This document shows, piece after piece, positions 45,182-55,835 of a stretch of 64,000 nt of DNA. The position numbers and the translations under genes are program-made. This DNA comes from an uncultured Verrucomicrobiae bacterium (GTDB taxonomy: Bacteria; Verrucomicrobiota; Verrucomicrobiia; Limisphaerales; Palsa-1400): positions 1,248,001-1,312,000 of the forward strand of contig CAVXRD010000001.1 of the NCBI GenBank assembly GCA_963764165.1, given 5' to 3'. How positions within the stretch are numbered: position 1 is the stretch's first letter; every line of letters begins with the position of its first letter. The notes under the pieces were generated by a model. It worked only from the letters and a program-made list of their open reading frames with translations, made no database searches and was not told where the DNA came from.

Positions 45182-48106
45182 ATGAAGGCCGCCAGCCATC
45201 TGATATTTTTTTTAATCTTGCTCGCTGGCGCATCCCTGTCGAATGCCAGCCCGCTGGAGGACGATTACCAGGTAACGATTTACACCGTTGAGGACGGCCT
45301 CCCCGAGAACTCAATCCTGGGGCTCCAGCAGACGGCGGACGGCTACCTGTGGCTGGCATCATACGGGGGCCTGGTGCGCTTTGATGGAGTCCATTTCACG
45401 TCATTTGATCCCGGAAATACGCCAGAGTTAAGCGGAACCGGCGGCGTTTACATGCTCGGCTTGGATCGCGAGGGATATTTGTGGATCGTCACTGACGATT
45501 GGCGCGTGACGCGATTGAAAGACGGTCAGTTTGAACGTTGCTCCGGTCACTTTGGCCTGCCTGACATGCCGCTCAGCTTCGCCGGTGAAGGGCCCGAGGG
45601 GCGCATTGCATTTACCCATGTGCCATTCCAAACAAATATGATTATGTGGGAAAATGGACGATTCAACTCCATGCGCTTTCCACCAACCTTTTCCCTCTCC
45701 AACGCCGGCACTGTGCTGGTCGATCCCCAAGGCGATTTATGGACTATGGAAAATGGCGCGGCGCACCTTCTTGAGTGGCGTGAGCTCAAAAAGGAAGTTC
45801 CCGCGGCAGCCGGAACCAATATCATCACCGCGCACCCCTCCCGGGATGGCGGCTTATGGGCCGCCACGGCCTCAACCCTGCTGCATTGGAAAGACGGAAA
45901 ATGGACCGCTAGAGTCCCCTTGCGCGTCGTGCTCAACGACGCGACTACGATGCTGGAGGACCGTGCGGGAAATGTATGGATCGCCACTTGGACCCAAGGC
46001 CTGTGGCGCATGGATTCCTCCGGGGAACTCCATCTTTATCGCGGAACAGGAGGCAAACCGTTCCCGGCTATTCGCGCTTTGCTGGAAGATAGCGAAGGGA
46101 ACGTCTGGGCTGGGACAGACGGAATCGGCTTGCTGCGCATAAAAAAACGCTTCTTCGAGGTCATTGATTCGTCGCGCGGTCTTTCTGGCGAGACAATCCG
46201 CTCAGTCGCATGCGACACCCAAGACCGCGTTTGGGCCATCAGCCAAACCGGCCTGGATTGCATCGACGCAAAAAAAAGCAATCGCGTCACGCACGTGGCT
46301 GATTTTGTGCTGGGCTGGACCGTCTATTGCGACTCAGCAGACCATGTGTGGGTTGGAACCTTCCCGGGCAAATTGCGGCGATGGCAAAACGGTGGATTTC
46401 AGGATTTTCAGGGGCAAAAGGCGCTGCCGGCCATAACGTGTTTGTCCGAAGATGACCAAAAAGCGCTATGGGTGGGAACAGCCGACGGAATTTGGAGATT
46501 AACCAACGACGTCCTCAGGCGGGTGAATGTTCCCGTGGAGGCTTCGAGAGATGTCAAAGCCATCCTGGGATCGGAGCGCGCCGTTCTGGTTGGAACAAGC
46601 CGCACCGGCCTATGGCGGCTGCAGGATGGAGAATGGACTCACTTCCCCACCAACGGTTTCAACGACGCACGGGCGTTGCTGTCAGAATCCAACCATCTTT
46701 TCATTGGAACACATCGCCAGGGCCTTTGGGGTCTTGAGGGAGGCCGGCTGGCTCGATGCAGCCCAGATTCGGGATTGCCCCGCCAAATCAGTTGCCTGAT
46801 CGAGGATAATATGGGATGGCTCTGGTGCGGCTCAGCCCAGGGAATTTTCCGAATTCCTGTCAATCAAATTGGCTGGACCAATCCCACCGTTGTTCACTGG
46901 GGCAGGCCGGAGGGTCTCCTGTCCTCGGAATGCACCCCGGGACGCCAGCCCACCGCCTGCAAAACAAGCGATGGGCGCATCTGGTTCGCCACCAGCGGCG
47001 GCGTTAGCGTCATTGATCCCGCCGCCTTGACGACGAATACCATTCCTCCGCCAGTCCATATTGATACCGCTTTTGTCTATGGTTCGCATGGCTCTTTTTC
47101 CAACCTGACTGACCTCGCGGTGCCGCCAGGCGAAAATCGGCTGGAGATTCACTACACTGCCTCCAGCTTCACCGCGCCGGAAAGCGTGCGGTTCCGATTT
47201 AGGCTGGAGGGAGTGGATCAGGATTGGACAGAAGCCGGAAGCCGACGCGTGGCTTACTTTCAGGGTCTCGGCCCTGGCCATTATCATTTTCACGTCATTG
47301 CGTGCAACAACGACGGCTTGTGGAACAGCCAGGGAGCTGTTTTCGATTTCACGGTCCTGCCCTGGCTTTGGCAGCGAACCGGTTTTCAAGCGACGGTGGC
47401 GCTCATTGCCTTTGGGGGCGTCTGCCTGGCTTACCGGATGCGAATGGCCCGAGTGGCGGCAGTGAACGATCTGCGGTTGCGGATCGCCCGGGACCTCCAC
47501 GATGAAATCGGCGCAAATCTTGGCAGCATTGGCCTCAATATCCAACTCCTCATGGCTGAGGCGGCCGTCAATGATCAAGGCCACCGCGATCTGGCCAGCA
47601 TCGCCCAGCTCACCCGGCAAACCGCCCAGGCCGCCCGCGACATCGTCTGGATCACCAACCCAGACTTTGACAACGTCAGCGGCATGATCGCCCGCATGCG
47701 TGAACTGGCGGCCCTCATGCTGGCTGGCAAAAAATGGAATTTAGAAGCGCCCGAGAGCAGGCTGTCGGAGCCGCTCCGCGTCGAACTCCGGCGAAATGTT
47801 TTTTACGCCTTTAAGGAATGCCTCCACAACATCGTGAAACATTCCGACGCCACCTCAGTGGCCATTTCCGTGAAAACAGATGGAACCGTCCTGGAATTGA
47901 ACGTCCAGGACAACGGCCGCGGATTTGAGACTTCCGCGCCTCCCACTGGCAGCGGACTCCGCAATTTGGGCCGGCGCGCGGAGGAGTTGGGAGGCGCCAT
48001 TGCCGTCGTGAGCAAGGTCGGGCAAGGAACCAGCGTCCATTTGCGCGTTCCCATCGCGCGCCCGTGGAGCTTCTGGAAGAAATGGTCAGCTCACGAAAAA
48101 TCGTGA
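45182..48106 (+). CDS. Sensor histidine kinase with beta-propeller repeats, Y_Y_Y and HisKA_3 domains
   Basis: GLVRFDG, DGRIWFAT, GHYHFHVIACNNDG, RIARDLHDEIG, NIVKHS, DNGRGF. Confidence 0.92.
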   Translation: MKAASHLIFFLILLAGASLSNASPLEDDYQVTIYTVEDGLPENSILGLQQTADGYLWLASYGGLVRFDGVHFTSFDPGNTPELSGTGGVYMLGLDREGYLWIVTDDWRVTRLKDGQFERCSGHFGLPDMPLSFAGEGPEGRIAFTHVPFQTNMIMWENGRFNSMRFPPTFSLSNAGTVLVDPQGDLWTMENGAAHLLEWRELKKEVPAAAGTNIITAHPSRDGGLWAATASTLLHWKDGKWTARVPLRVVLNDATTMLEDRAGNVWIATWTQGLWRMDSSGELHLYRGTGGKPFPAIRALLEDSEGNVWAGTDGIGLLRIKKRFFEVIDSSRGLSGETIRSVACDTQDRVWAISQTGLDCIDAKKSNRVTHVADFVLGWTVYCDSADHVWVGTFPGKLRRWQNGGFQDFQGQKALPAITCLSEDDQKALWVGTADGIWRLTNDVLRRVNVPVEASRDVKAILGSERAVLVGTSRTGLWRLQDGEWTHFPTNGFNDARALLSESNHLFIGTHRQGLWGLEGGRLARCSPDSGLPRQISCLIEDNMGWLWCGSAQGIFRIPVNQIGWTNPTVVHWGRPEGLLSSECTPGRQPTACKTSDGRIWFATSGGVSVIDPAALTTNTIPPPVHIDTAFVYGSHGSFSNLTDLAVPPGENRLEIHYTASSFTAPESVRFRFRLEGVDQDWTEAGSRRVAYFQGLGPGHYHFHVIACNNDGLWNSQGAVFDFTVLPWLWQRTGFQATVALIAFGGVCLAYRMRMARVAAVNDLRLRIARDLHDEIGANLGSIGLNIQLLMAEAAVNDQGHRDLASIAQLTRQTAQAARDIVWITNPDFDNVSGMIARMRELAALMLAGKKWNLEAPESRLSEPLRVELRRNVFYAFKECLHNIVKHSDATSVAISVKTDGTVLELNVQDNGRGFETSAPPTGSGLRNLGRRAEELGGAIAVVSKVGQGTSVHLRVPIARPWSFWKKWSAHEKS

Positions 48107-48126
48107 GTAGGCAGGTCTCGTGAAAA

Positions 48127-48825
48127 ATGACTAAGATCACGCCGATGACCGAATCTCCTGACGCCTTGAGCGTGTGGATTGTTGAAGACAACGCAGCCTA
48201 CCGCCAAAGCCTGCTTCGCGTGTTATGCCGCATCGTCGACGCGCCCAATTTGCGCGCCTTTGCCGACGCGGAAGACATGCTGGCGGCTCTGGCGGCTGGC
48301 AATTTTCCCAGCGCGCTGCTGTTGGATCTCGGCCTGCCGGGCATGAGCGGCGCGGCGGCCTTGATGCGGGTGAAAGCCTTTGCTCCCCAGATACGCGTTA
48401 TCGTGCTCACATCCTTCGACGACCACCAATCCATCGCCGACGCCATTTGCGCGGGAGCCTCCGGTTATCTGCTTAAGACCGCGGAATTGACCAACATCAC
48501 CGACGCCATTCGGGAGGCCCTGGCTGGCGGCGCCCCGATGACGCCGCAAGTCGCCAGCATCGTTCTCGCGATGTTCGCGCAGCAAGGCCACGCCCGAACG
48601 GCACAACCCGAATATGGACTGAGCTCTCGCGAGCGCGAAACGCTGGATGGCATGGTGCGCGGATTAACCACCAAAGAAATCGCGGCGCAAATGGGCATCA
48701 GCTACCACACGGTGGACACGTATGTGCGGGCCGTCTATTCGAAGCTGGACGTTCAATCGCGAGGCGGCGCCATCGCCAAAGCCGTTCGCGAGAATCTTTC
48801 CCGCCCAATGAGGAGCCCAAACTAG
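48127..48825 (+). CDS. NarL/LuxR-family response regulator
   Basis: IVEDN, LLDLGLPG, GASGYLLK, LSSRE...EIA...ISYHTV. Confidence 0.92.
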   Translation: MTKITPMTESPDALSVWIVEDNAAYRQSLLRVLCRIVDAPNLRAFADAEDMLAALAAGNFPSALLLDLGLPGMSGAAALMRVKAFAPQIRVIVLTSFDDHQSIADAICAGASGYLLKTAELTNITDAIREALAGGAPMTPQVASIVLAMFAQQGHARTAQPEYGLSSRERETLDGMVRGLTTKEIAAQMGISYHTVDTYVRAVYSKLDVQSRGGAIAKAVRENLSRPMRSPN

Positions 48826-48872
48826 CCGCAGGTTCTGGCTCTCCCGAAAAACGCGCGGCAATCGCAGAAACC

Positions 48873-49382
48873 TTAACGAGAGCTTTTCGCACGCCAGCCT
48901 ATCCAACAGCCATTGGTGCCGACGAAATTGGTTTCGGCGCTGTATGCCGGAGGCGACCAATTCTTGTCTAAGTGAATTTCTGTGGTGACGCCAGGTTTGA
49001 CCCCAACCGGCACCGAAACCCATTCACCCAAATCTTCAGCCATGAGCGCCGTGATGTGGTAGGAGCCGGAAGCCAGGGGAACCTTTGCTGGTGTGGAATC
49101 ATATTTTCCAAGATTATTGTCGCCGATGTGCGCAATCAGCTTTCCGGCATCGTTGTAGATATAATACCCGGTGCGGCGCATGTTTTCGAACCCGTCCCAT
49201 GCTTGCGTTTCCATTTCTTTTGCGGTGAATACCTGCACTGCGCCCTTGCCTGAAGGATTCTGCGCAAGAAATGGATTGGGCCCGACGGCATCGGCAATTG
49301 GCACGGGATGAAGCGCACATCCTGACAGTAATAAAACCGCGCCCACGACCTGTGCGAATTGTTTGACAAGCATCATTTTCAC
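48873..49382 (-). CDS. Lipoprotein of unknown function
   Basis: Lipobox LLLSGC. Confidence 0.7.
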   Translation of the reverse strand: MKMMLVKQFAQVVGAVLLLSGCALHPVPIADAVGPNPFLAQNPSGKGAVQVFTAKEMETQAWDGFENMRRTGYYIYNDAGKLIAHIGDNNLGKYDSTPAKVPLASGSYHITALMAEDLGEWVSVPVGVKPGVTTEIHLDKNWSPPAYSAETNFVGTNGCWIGWRAKSSR

Positions 49383-49399
49383 TGCGAGTCACTTTCTTT

Positions 49400-50722
49400 T
49401 TATGGCTGTGTGCCCGTCCTCCCGAGTTGGTAATTCAATGCGGAATTTCGGATTTGGTATTGGTATCTCGCACGGGCTTGCTGAATTTTTGCCTGGGTCT
49501 GGGCGAGTTCAGCCTGGCTCAGTTCGACAATAGAACTGGAGCCGACTTGATACCTCTCATGGGCGAGGTCATAGGCTTTGTTCGCGCTGGCAAGAAGTTT
49601 GGTGGTTAAATCGACGCGCTTGACGGCATAATTCTCGTTCAGGATGGCAGCGCGCACGTCGCGAATGGCGTCGTTCTCGGCATTGCGCACCGTTTCATCC
49701 GCGAGTTGGGCTTCGAGTTGGGCTTTATCCTTTCGCGCTGTGTAAAGAAATCCCTCGAACAACGGGATGTGAATATTCAGGCCCGCCGCTTCGTAATTGT
49801 CTCCAATGGCCGAATAGTGAACAGGCAGATTCCCAGCGGCGGCATAGGCGTTGATGGTGGGATAATTAATGTCACGCTCCGCTTTGAAAAACTTTCGAGA
49901 GGCGTCGCGATCCAAGCGAACTTGCGCAAGATCGGGCCGGTGCGAGAGGGCCTCCTCAATCAGTGCCCAGTCGTTGGTGATGGCAGCGGTATGAAAATTC
50001 ATCTCGGCGAGGCCGAAATTGGTGGTGTTTCGGTCGCCGAGCAAATTCGCCAGGGAATTAAACGACGATTGCAAGTCTGTTTCGGCACTGGCAAGCAACA
50101 ATTTGCCACCCTCCAAATCCACTTCAGCAAAGGTGGCGTCGAGATCCGATTTAAGGCTGTTTTTCACCATCTCCGATATCTGGTCGAAGATCACCTGCCG
50201 CGTGGAAACAGTCTGGCGGGCGACTTCCAGGACGGACTGCGCTTCGAGCGCTCCGAAATAGGCAGAATCCACCGCGAACAGGATTTGTTCGCGCGTGGCC
50301 AGCGCACCCTGCTCGCGGGCGCGCGAATGAAGTTTGGAACTCGAAACCAGATTGGCCGTGCGTCCAAAATCGGTGATAAGCTGGCTGATATTCACGCCAT
50401 CGGCCTCACGCGGATAAATCGAAGAGGTCTGCAGAGTTCCGGCTGAAAGTGTATTGTTCTGGTCGTTGGGTGTTCCCACCGCCGTCAGTTCGCCATTCAC
50501 CATGGGATAAAACATGGCGCGCGCCTCGCGCACACTCTGCTTGGTGATCGACGCCTGCAAGTCAGCGATCCTGATTTTGGGGTAATTCTTGATCGCAATG
50601 TCGTGGGCCTCCTCCAGTGAAAGAGCCCGAGGTGCTGTGTTTGTGGTTTGCGCTGAAACAGACCACACCAGCATCACAGTGCAGCACAGGGCCAGCATTC
50701 GCGAAGATGAGATCAATTTCAT
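49400..50722 (-). CDS. TolC-family outer membrane efflux protein
   Basis: LSLEEA, IPLFEG, RYQVGSSSIVEL. Confidence 0.9.
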   Translation of the reverse strand: MKLISSSRMLALCCTVMLVWSVSAQTTNTAPRALSLEEAHDIAIKNYPKIRIADLQASITKQSVREARAMFYPMVNGELTAVGTPNDQNNTLSAGTLQTSSIYPREADGVNISQLITDFGRTANLVSSSKLHSRAREQGALATREQILFAVDSAYFGALEAQSVLEVARQTVSTRQVIFDQISEMVKNSLKSDLDATFAEVDLEGGKLLLASAETDLQSSFNSLANLLGDRNTTNFGLAEMNFHTAAITNDWALIEEALSHRPDLAQVRLDRDASRKFFKAERDINYPTINAYAAAGNLPVHYSAIGDNYEAAGLNIHIPLFEGFLYTARKDKAQLEAQLADETVRNAENDAIRDVRAAILNENYAVKRVDLTTKLLASANKAYDLAHERYQVGSSSIVELSQAELAQTQAKIQQARARYQYQIRNSALNYQLGRTGTQP

Positions 50723-53700
50723 GTTGGGAGGGGCGAGGGTTGAATTCCAGACGGCACATGCGCCTTATCTTTGCGATTTCTATAAACCAACAGGTAAGCA
50801 ACGGGGACGATGAACATAGTGATCACCACGGAAACCGAAAGCCCGCCGATGATGGCTCGCGCCAACGGCGCGTAAGCCTCGGAGCCGGTGCCCAATTTGG
50901 CCGCCATCGGAATCAAACCAATCAAGGTGGCAAGCGATGTCATGAGAACAGGGCGCAAACGAACGCAACAAGCCGTGATGACCGCGTCCAGCAATTCTTT
51001 TCCATCTTCGCGCAGACGATGGGTAAATTCCAAAATGAGGATGCTGTTGGAAACGACAATGCCCACCATCATCACGATTCCCATGAGTGACATGACGTTG
51101 AGTGTTGTTCCCGTCAACAACAACAAAACCAGGACACCGGTCAGGCCGGCCGGCACCGCCAACAATATCAGCAGCGGATCGATGAGCGATTTGAATTGAG
51201 CAACGAGAATCAAATAGACGAGCAAGACCGAGAGAATCAGCCCAAGGCCAAAGCTCTTGAAGGAAGACGTCATGCCTTGAACCATTCCGCGAACATTCAC
51301 CCGCATGCCATGTGGAACCTGGATTTCGTCGAGGATGTGGTTGACGGACTTCATCACCGCGCCCAAATCCTCGCCTTTGGTCGCGACGTAAATATCAATA
51401 ATACGTTTAAGCTGGTAGTGATCGACTTCCGTGGCGGAAAGCGAACGGGTAATTTTGCTGACTGCATCGAGACGGGTCGGCAACGGGTGGCTGGCCGACC
51501 GAAGCGGGATCGATTGCAATTCGTCGAGATTTTTGATGTGGCCCTCCGGATATTGCACCGAAAGGAAGTAGTCGTTGCCGCTCTTGGGATCGATCCAGAA
51601 GCTGGGGGCGACCATTTGATCCGAGTTCAACGCCGTGATGACGCTGCTAACAACCTCCTTCGTGGTCAATCCGAGTTCGCCCGCGCGGCGGCGATCAATG
51701 TCCAAGTGAAGCGCGGGATAATCGACATCCTGCGGAACGAGGACATCGCTGACGCCATCGAGCGTCCGGATTCTGTTTGCGATGTCGGTGGCGGTTTTGT
51801 GGGCCGCTTCCAAGTCGGATGAGCTGACCTGGATGTCGATTGGCGCAGGCAATCCGAGATTCAAAATGGCGTTGAGTAATCCGCCCGGCTGCACATATAC
51901 GGTCAGTTCCGGCAGCTCCTTGCGCAATCGCCGCCGCACGCGCTCCATGTATTCGTAGCTGCCAATTTTGTGCCCTTCTTTCAAACTGGTTTGAATGAAG
52001 GCGGTGTGTTCGCCGGAGTTGCTCGAATACATTACCGAAAAACCGGGATCGAGGCCAGTGTTGTCGACCACCAATTCGAGATCATCGGGCGACACTTCCT
52101 CGTGGATGATTTTTTCCACCTCCTGCACCAACGCGTCGGTCTTTTCCAAACGCGTGCCGGTAGCTGCCTTGAGGTTCACTACAAACTGGCCGGGATCGGT
52201 TCGTGGAAAATAAGACACCCCCACAAAATGAAACAGAAGCAGGCTGGCTCCGAAGATGGCGGTCAGGGAGAGGATTGTCCGCCACGGACGATTCAGTGCA
52301 TAGATCAGCAGAATTTGATATTGATCAACGAACTGTTTGAACTTCGTGTTAAAACCATCGACCAAGCGCCGTCCCAACGACGGGCGTTTTCCGTGGAGAT
52401 CTGCGCCATGGGCTCCCTTGATAAAGTTCGCGCAGAAGAGAGGCACAACCGTCAGCGCCACGAAATAGGAAGCCGCCAAAGCCAGCACCACGGAGAGCGC
52501 CAGCGACGTGAAGAGAAATTTGCTCACGCCGTAAAGGAACGTGACCGGGAAGAAAACTACCGCCGTGGTGAGTGTGGCCGCGAGCACCGGAAGCGCCACT
52601 TCCGAGCCGCCTTTCTCCGCCGCCACTCTTGGTGACTCACCCAATTCCAGATGCCGGAAAATATTTTCGAGAACCACGACCGAGTTGTCGATGAGCCGCG
52701 AGAACACCAGTGCCAATCCGCCCAGCGTCATCGAATTGATCGTCTCGTTTTCATGTCCCAACGCAAAGAATGTAGCCAGCGCGGACAACGGAATGGAAAG
52801 AAAGACAGCCAGGGTCGCTTTGGAATTGCCGAGGAAAATCAGGATCATCAATCCCGTGAGAACGAGACCCACTGCTCCCTCGTGAATAAGATTCTCTATG
52901 GCATTCTTCACGAACACCGATTGGTCGAAGACAACTTTGGGAATGAGTTGCTCCGGCACATCAACGAGGTCCGACACCATCTTCTTGACGCCGCTGACGA
53001 CCGCGATCGTGTTGGCGTCACCGCCCTGCTTCAGCACCGGCAGATAAACGGACTTTTGCCCGGCAACACGGACAATGTTGTATTGCTGGCCTGAAGCGTC
53101 CTTTGCGACGCCGATGTCGCCGACCAGCACTGGCGAGTTGCCCACGGTCTTTAGTGGCAGGCTATTGATTTCGTCCATGCCGGTAAGTTGGCTGTTGGCG
53201 TAGAGGTTGAAATCGAACGGTCCGATTTTTACATCGCCAGCGGGAAGAATGAGATTGGAATCATTGACCGCCCGCACGACATCCATCACGCTCAGGCTGT
53301 GCGCTTCCAGCTTTAGAGGATCGACGTAGACCATTATTTGCCGATGGACGCCGCCGAACGATTCGGGCACTGACGCGCCGGGAACATTCGCAACCTGATT
53401 GCGCACGGCGAAGTCAGCAGCGTCGCGGAGTTGTTTTTCGCTCAAGCCATCACCCTTCAATGTAATCAGACAAACCGGAAGACTGGATGCGTCGAACTTG
53501 AGCACAACCGGGGGCCATGTTCCCGGCGGTAGTTTGCGCAAATCCGCCGCCGCGAGATTTCCAATAGTGCTGACAGCTGTGTCTGGATCAGAGCCGGGCT
53601 GGAAGTAAATTTTGATCAGGCTCACGCCTGGAAGCGAGCGCGACTCCATGTGATCGATGCCGCTGGCGAGAGTAAAGAATCGTTCGTAATGCGTGGTGAT

Positions 53701-53880
53701 GTCGTTCTCGATTTGCTCAGGTGGCATGCCTTGGTAAAACGTCGCAACCACCACGACCGGAATATTGATCGACGGAAACAGATCGACGGGCATTCGCACG
53801 AGGGTGGAAATGCCCAGCACGCAGACGACCACGCAAATAACGCAGACGAGATACGGGTAACGAATGGCAAATTTCGGCAT
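50719..53880 (-). CDS. RND efflux permease (AcrB/AcrD/AcrF family)
   Basis: MPVDLFP, IDNSVVVLENI, RLRPVLMT; 1053 aa. Confidence 0.93.
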   Translation of the reverse strand: MPKFAIRYPYLVCVICVVVCVLGISTLVRMPVDLFPSINIPVVVVATFYQGMPPEQIENDITTHYERFFTLASGIDHMESRSLPGVSLIKIYFQPGSDPDTAVSTIGNLAAADLRKLPPGTWPPVVLKFDASSLPVCLITLKGDGLSEKQLRDAADFAVRNQVANVPGASVPESFGGVHRQIMVYVDPLKLEAHSLSVMDVVRAVNDSNLILPAGDVKIGPFDFNLYANSQLTGMDEINSLPLKTVGNSPVLVGDIGVAKDASGQQYNIVRVAGQKSVYLPVLKQGGDANTIAVVSGVKKMVSDLVDVPEQLIPKVVFDQSVFVKNAIENLIHEGAVGLVLTGLMILIFLGNSKATLAVFLSIPLSALATFFALGHENETINSMTLGGLALVFSRLIDNSVVVLENIFRHLELGESPRVAAEKGGSEVALPVLAATLTTAVVFFPVTFLYGVSKFLFTSLALSVVLALAASYFVALTVVPLFCANFIKGAHGADLHGKRPSLGRRLVDGFNTKFKQFVDQYQILLIYALNRPWRTILSLTAIFGASLLLFHFVGVSYFPRTDPGQFVVNLKAATGTRLEKTDALVQEVEKIIHEEVSPDDLELVVDNTGLDPGFSVMYSSNSGEHTAFIQTSLKEGHKIGSYEYMERVRRRLRKELPELTVYVQPGGLLNAILNLGLPAPIDIQVSSSDLEAAHKTATDIANRIRTLDGVSDVLVPQDVDYPALHLDIDRRRAGELGLTTKEVVSSVITALNSDQMVAPSFWIDPKSGNDYFLSVQYPEGHIKNLDELQSIPLRSASHPLPTRLDAVSKITRSLSATEVDHYQLKRIIDIYVATKGEDLGAVMKSVNHILDEIQVPHGMRVNVRGMVQGMTSSFKSFGLGLILSVLLVYLILVAQFKSLIDPLLILLAVPAGLTGVLVLLLLTGTTLNVMSLMGIVMMVGIVVSNSILILEFTHRLREDGKELLDAVITACCVRLRPVLMTSLATLIGLIPMAAKLGTGSEAYAPLARAIIGGLSVSVVITMFIVPVAYLLVYRNRKDKAHVPSGIQPSPLPT

Positions 53881-53898
53881 GGGATTGTTGGAGGGATT

Positions 53899-54588
53899 TT
53901 ACGGTTGCAGCGCAGCCCGCAATTTTTGGACGGTGAAATCATTGGAACGGCAGAGTTGAACGAGTGCGCGTTCCTTTTCCGCTGCTTGATTGGCGGCCCT
54001 GGGAATGTCTGCGGCAATCTCGTCCGGAATGCAAAGAACTCCATGCTGGTCGCCCATGAGCAAGTCGCCGGACTTTACAGTAAGACCGCCGACGCTTACG
54101 TCGCCGCCGACTTCCACGATGTGAGCGTAGGCATGCGAAACCGCCACGCTTCGCGCAAAAAAATGAAACGGAATGCCTTCCACTTCGGGGAGATCGCGCA
54201 CCGCACCCGTCGTCACCGCGCCAATGCAGCCAAGTGCTTTTAAGATGTTCGAATGGACTTCTCCCAGGAATGCACCCGTTCCAGGCGCGCTGTCCACATC
54301 CTCAATGACGACCACGCGCGGCGCTGGGATCGTCAATACGAAATCCCACCAATCGGTGCGGTCCATGTATATCTGCCCGGTTGGCGGTGGCGCAGAAGAT
54401 CGGACACGAAGTGTCACCGCATAGCCAACCATTGTCCGCAACGATGGGAAAAAGCAGCGAACACTGGAATCGACATAGCCCTCATTGCGCAGGCGAACGT
54501 GAAAACTGTCGATGGCGTTCGCCGCGGAACAGGTGTCGAGCGCCTGCAACGCTGCCAATTGCTCAAGAGTCAAATTGGCTGCGCTCAC
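53899..54588 (-). CDS. RraA/HMG aldolase family protein
   Basis: VGYAVT, AFLGEV, GAVRDL, GDLLMGDQHGV. Confidence 0.88.
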   Translation of the reverse strand: MSAANLTLEQLAALQALDTCSAANAIDSFHVRLRNEGYVDSSVRCFFPSLRTMVGYAVTLRVRSSAPPPTGQIYMDRTDWWDFVLTIPAPRVVVIEDVDSAPGTGAFLGEVHSNILKALGCIGAVTTGAVRDLPEVEGIPFHFFARSVAVSHAYAHIVEVGGDVSVGGLTVKSGDLLMGDQHGVLCIPDEIAADIPRAANQAAEKERALVQLCRSNDFTVQKLRAALQP

Positions 54589-55835
54589 AAATCCTCCTTG
54601 CCAATCAATTTAATTTCCACTTTCTGGCCCACTTTGATTTGCGAACGATTGCCGATGACAACCATATCGTTTTCCTTCAAACCGGAAAGCACCTCGAAAC
54701 GGTCTGGCGTAGCGAGGCCGATTGTCAGACGACGCTCCTCAATTTCTTGCCTGTCGTTGACAACCAGTGCGGTGGGGGATTTCAGGTTGGAGAGTGCCTG
54801 CCCCGGCACCGTCAGCGTATTGGCGTGGCGTTCCAACTCCAGGCGAACGCTGGCATAAACGCCTGGCGTCAAAGACAAGTCCTCGTTTGGCACATCGATT
54901 TCCGAATCCATGGTGCGCGTGGCCATGTCGACGTTGTGGGTGAAACGGCTGATCTTGCTGTGCAAGATCCGCCCGGTAGCAGCGATCTGAATTTCAACCG
55001 GAACTCCCGACTTAATGTATTGCACGTAGGAAACCGAGACGGGAAAGTCGAGGCGCAGCCGCGCGTTCTCGGAAAGCCGCACCAGAGGCATGCCCGAGCC
55101 GCTTGGGTTGACTCCGCCTTGCACCAGCGCTCCCACATCTGCATAACGCTTGGTTATCACTCCCGGAAACGGAGCAATAATTTTGCAATCATTTTGGATG
55201 GCCATGAGCCGATCCAATTCCGCCTGGGAAACTTTCACATCTTCCTTCGCGGCGGCGAGGTTCGCGTCGGCAGCGGCATTCTTGGCCCGCGCCGTGTCCA
55301 AATCCTGCTGGGAAATCAGGTGGGCCTTGCTCTCGTTTATTTTTTCGAGGCGCGTCCAGCTGAGATGCGCGTCCTCGTATGACGCGGCGGCTTGGTCAGC
55401 TTTCTTTTCATCGCGAACTTTGGCCGCCTCCGCGCGTTCAATTTCCTGGGGCAGCTCGGGAATTTCCAATGTCGCCAGCAAATCGCCCTGTTTCACCTGG
55501 TCGCCGATGTCGACATTGATGCTTTTCACAAATCCAGCGACTTCCGCATGAAGATCGATGACCTGGTAGGGGCGGAATTCGGCGTCAAAACTTTCGCTGC
55601 GGCTCAAGTCTTCGCGATCCACCTTAATGACGGGCACGGTCAGAATCGCGTCATTTTGACCCGGGGGGATTGTTTTGCCGTGCGAAGCTGAGTGGGCGAC
55701 AAGAATAAATCCACCCAAGCCAATCAGCGCGCAGACGACGATTTTCCACACCACCGCCCCACGGGGGCGAGAGGTTTGCGCACTGCTATTGAAAGGAGAC
55801 TCGGGCGTTGAGGGAAGGGTAGAATCACTTTCCAT
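54585..55835 (-). CDS. RND periplasmic adaptor (membrane fusion protein)
   Basis: VDIGDQVKQGDLLA, IIAPFPGVIT, LTPGVYA. Confidence 0.9.
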   Translation of the reverse strand: MESDSTLPSTPESPFNSSAQTSRPRGAVVWKIVVCALIGLGGFILVAHSASHGKTIPPGQNDAILTVPVIKVDREDLSRSESFDAEFRPYQVIDLHAEVAGFVKSINVDIGDQVKQGDLLATLEIPELPQEIERAEAAKVRDEKKADQAAASYEDAHLSWTRLEKINESKAHLISQQDLDTARAKNAAADANLAAAKEDVKVSQAELDRLMAIQNDCKIIAPFPGVITKRYADVGALVQGGVNPSGSGMPLVRLSENARLRLDFPVSVSYVQYIKSGVPVEIQIAATGRILHSKISRFTHNVDMATRTMDSEIDVPNEDLSLTPGVYASVRLELERHANTLTVPGQALSNLKSPTALVVNDRQEIEERRLTIGLATPDRFEVLSGLKENDMVVIGNRSQIKVGQKVEIKLIGKEDL

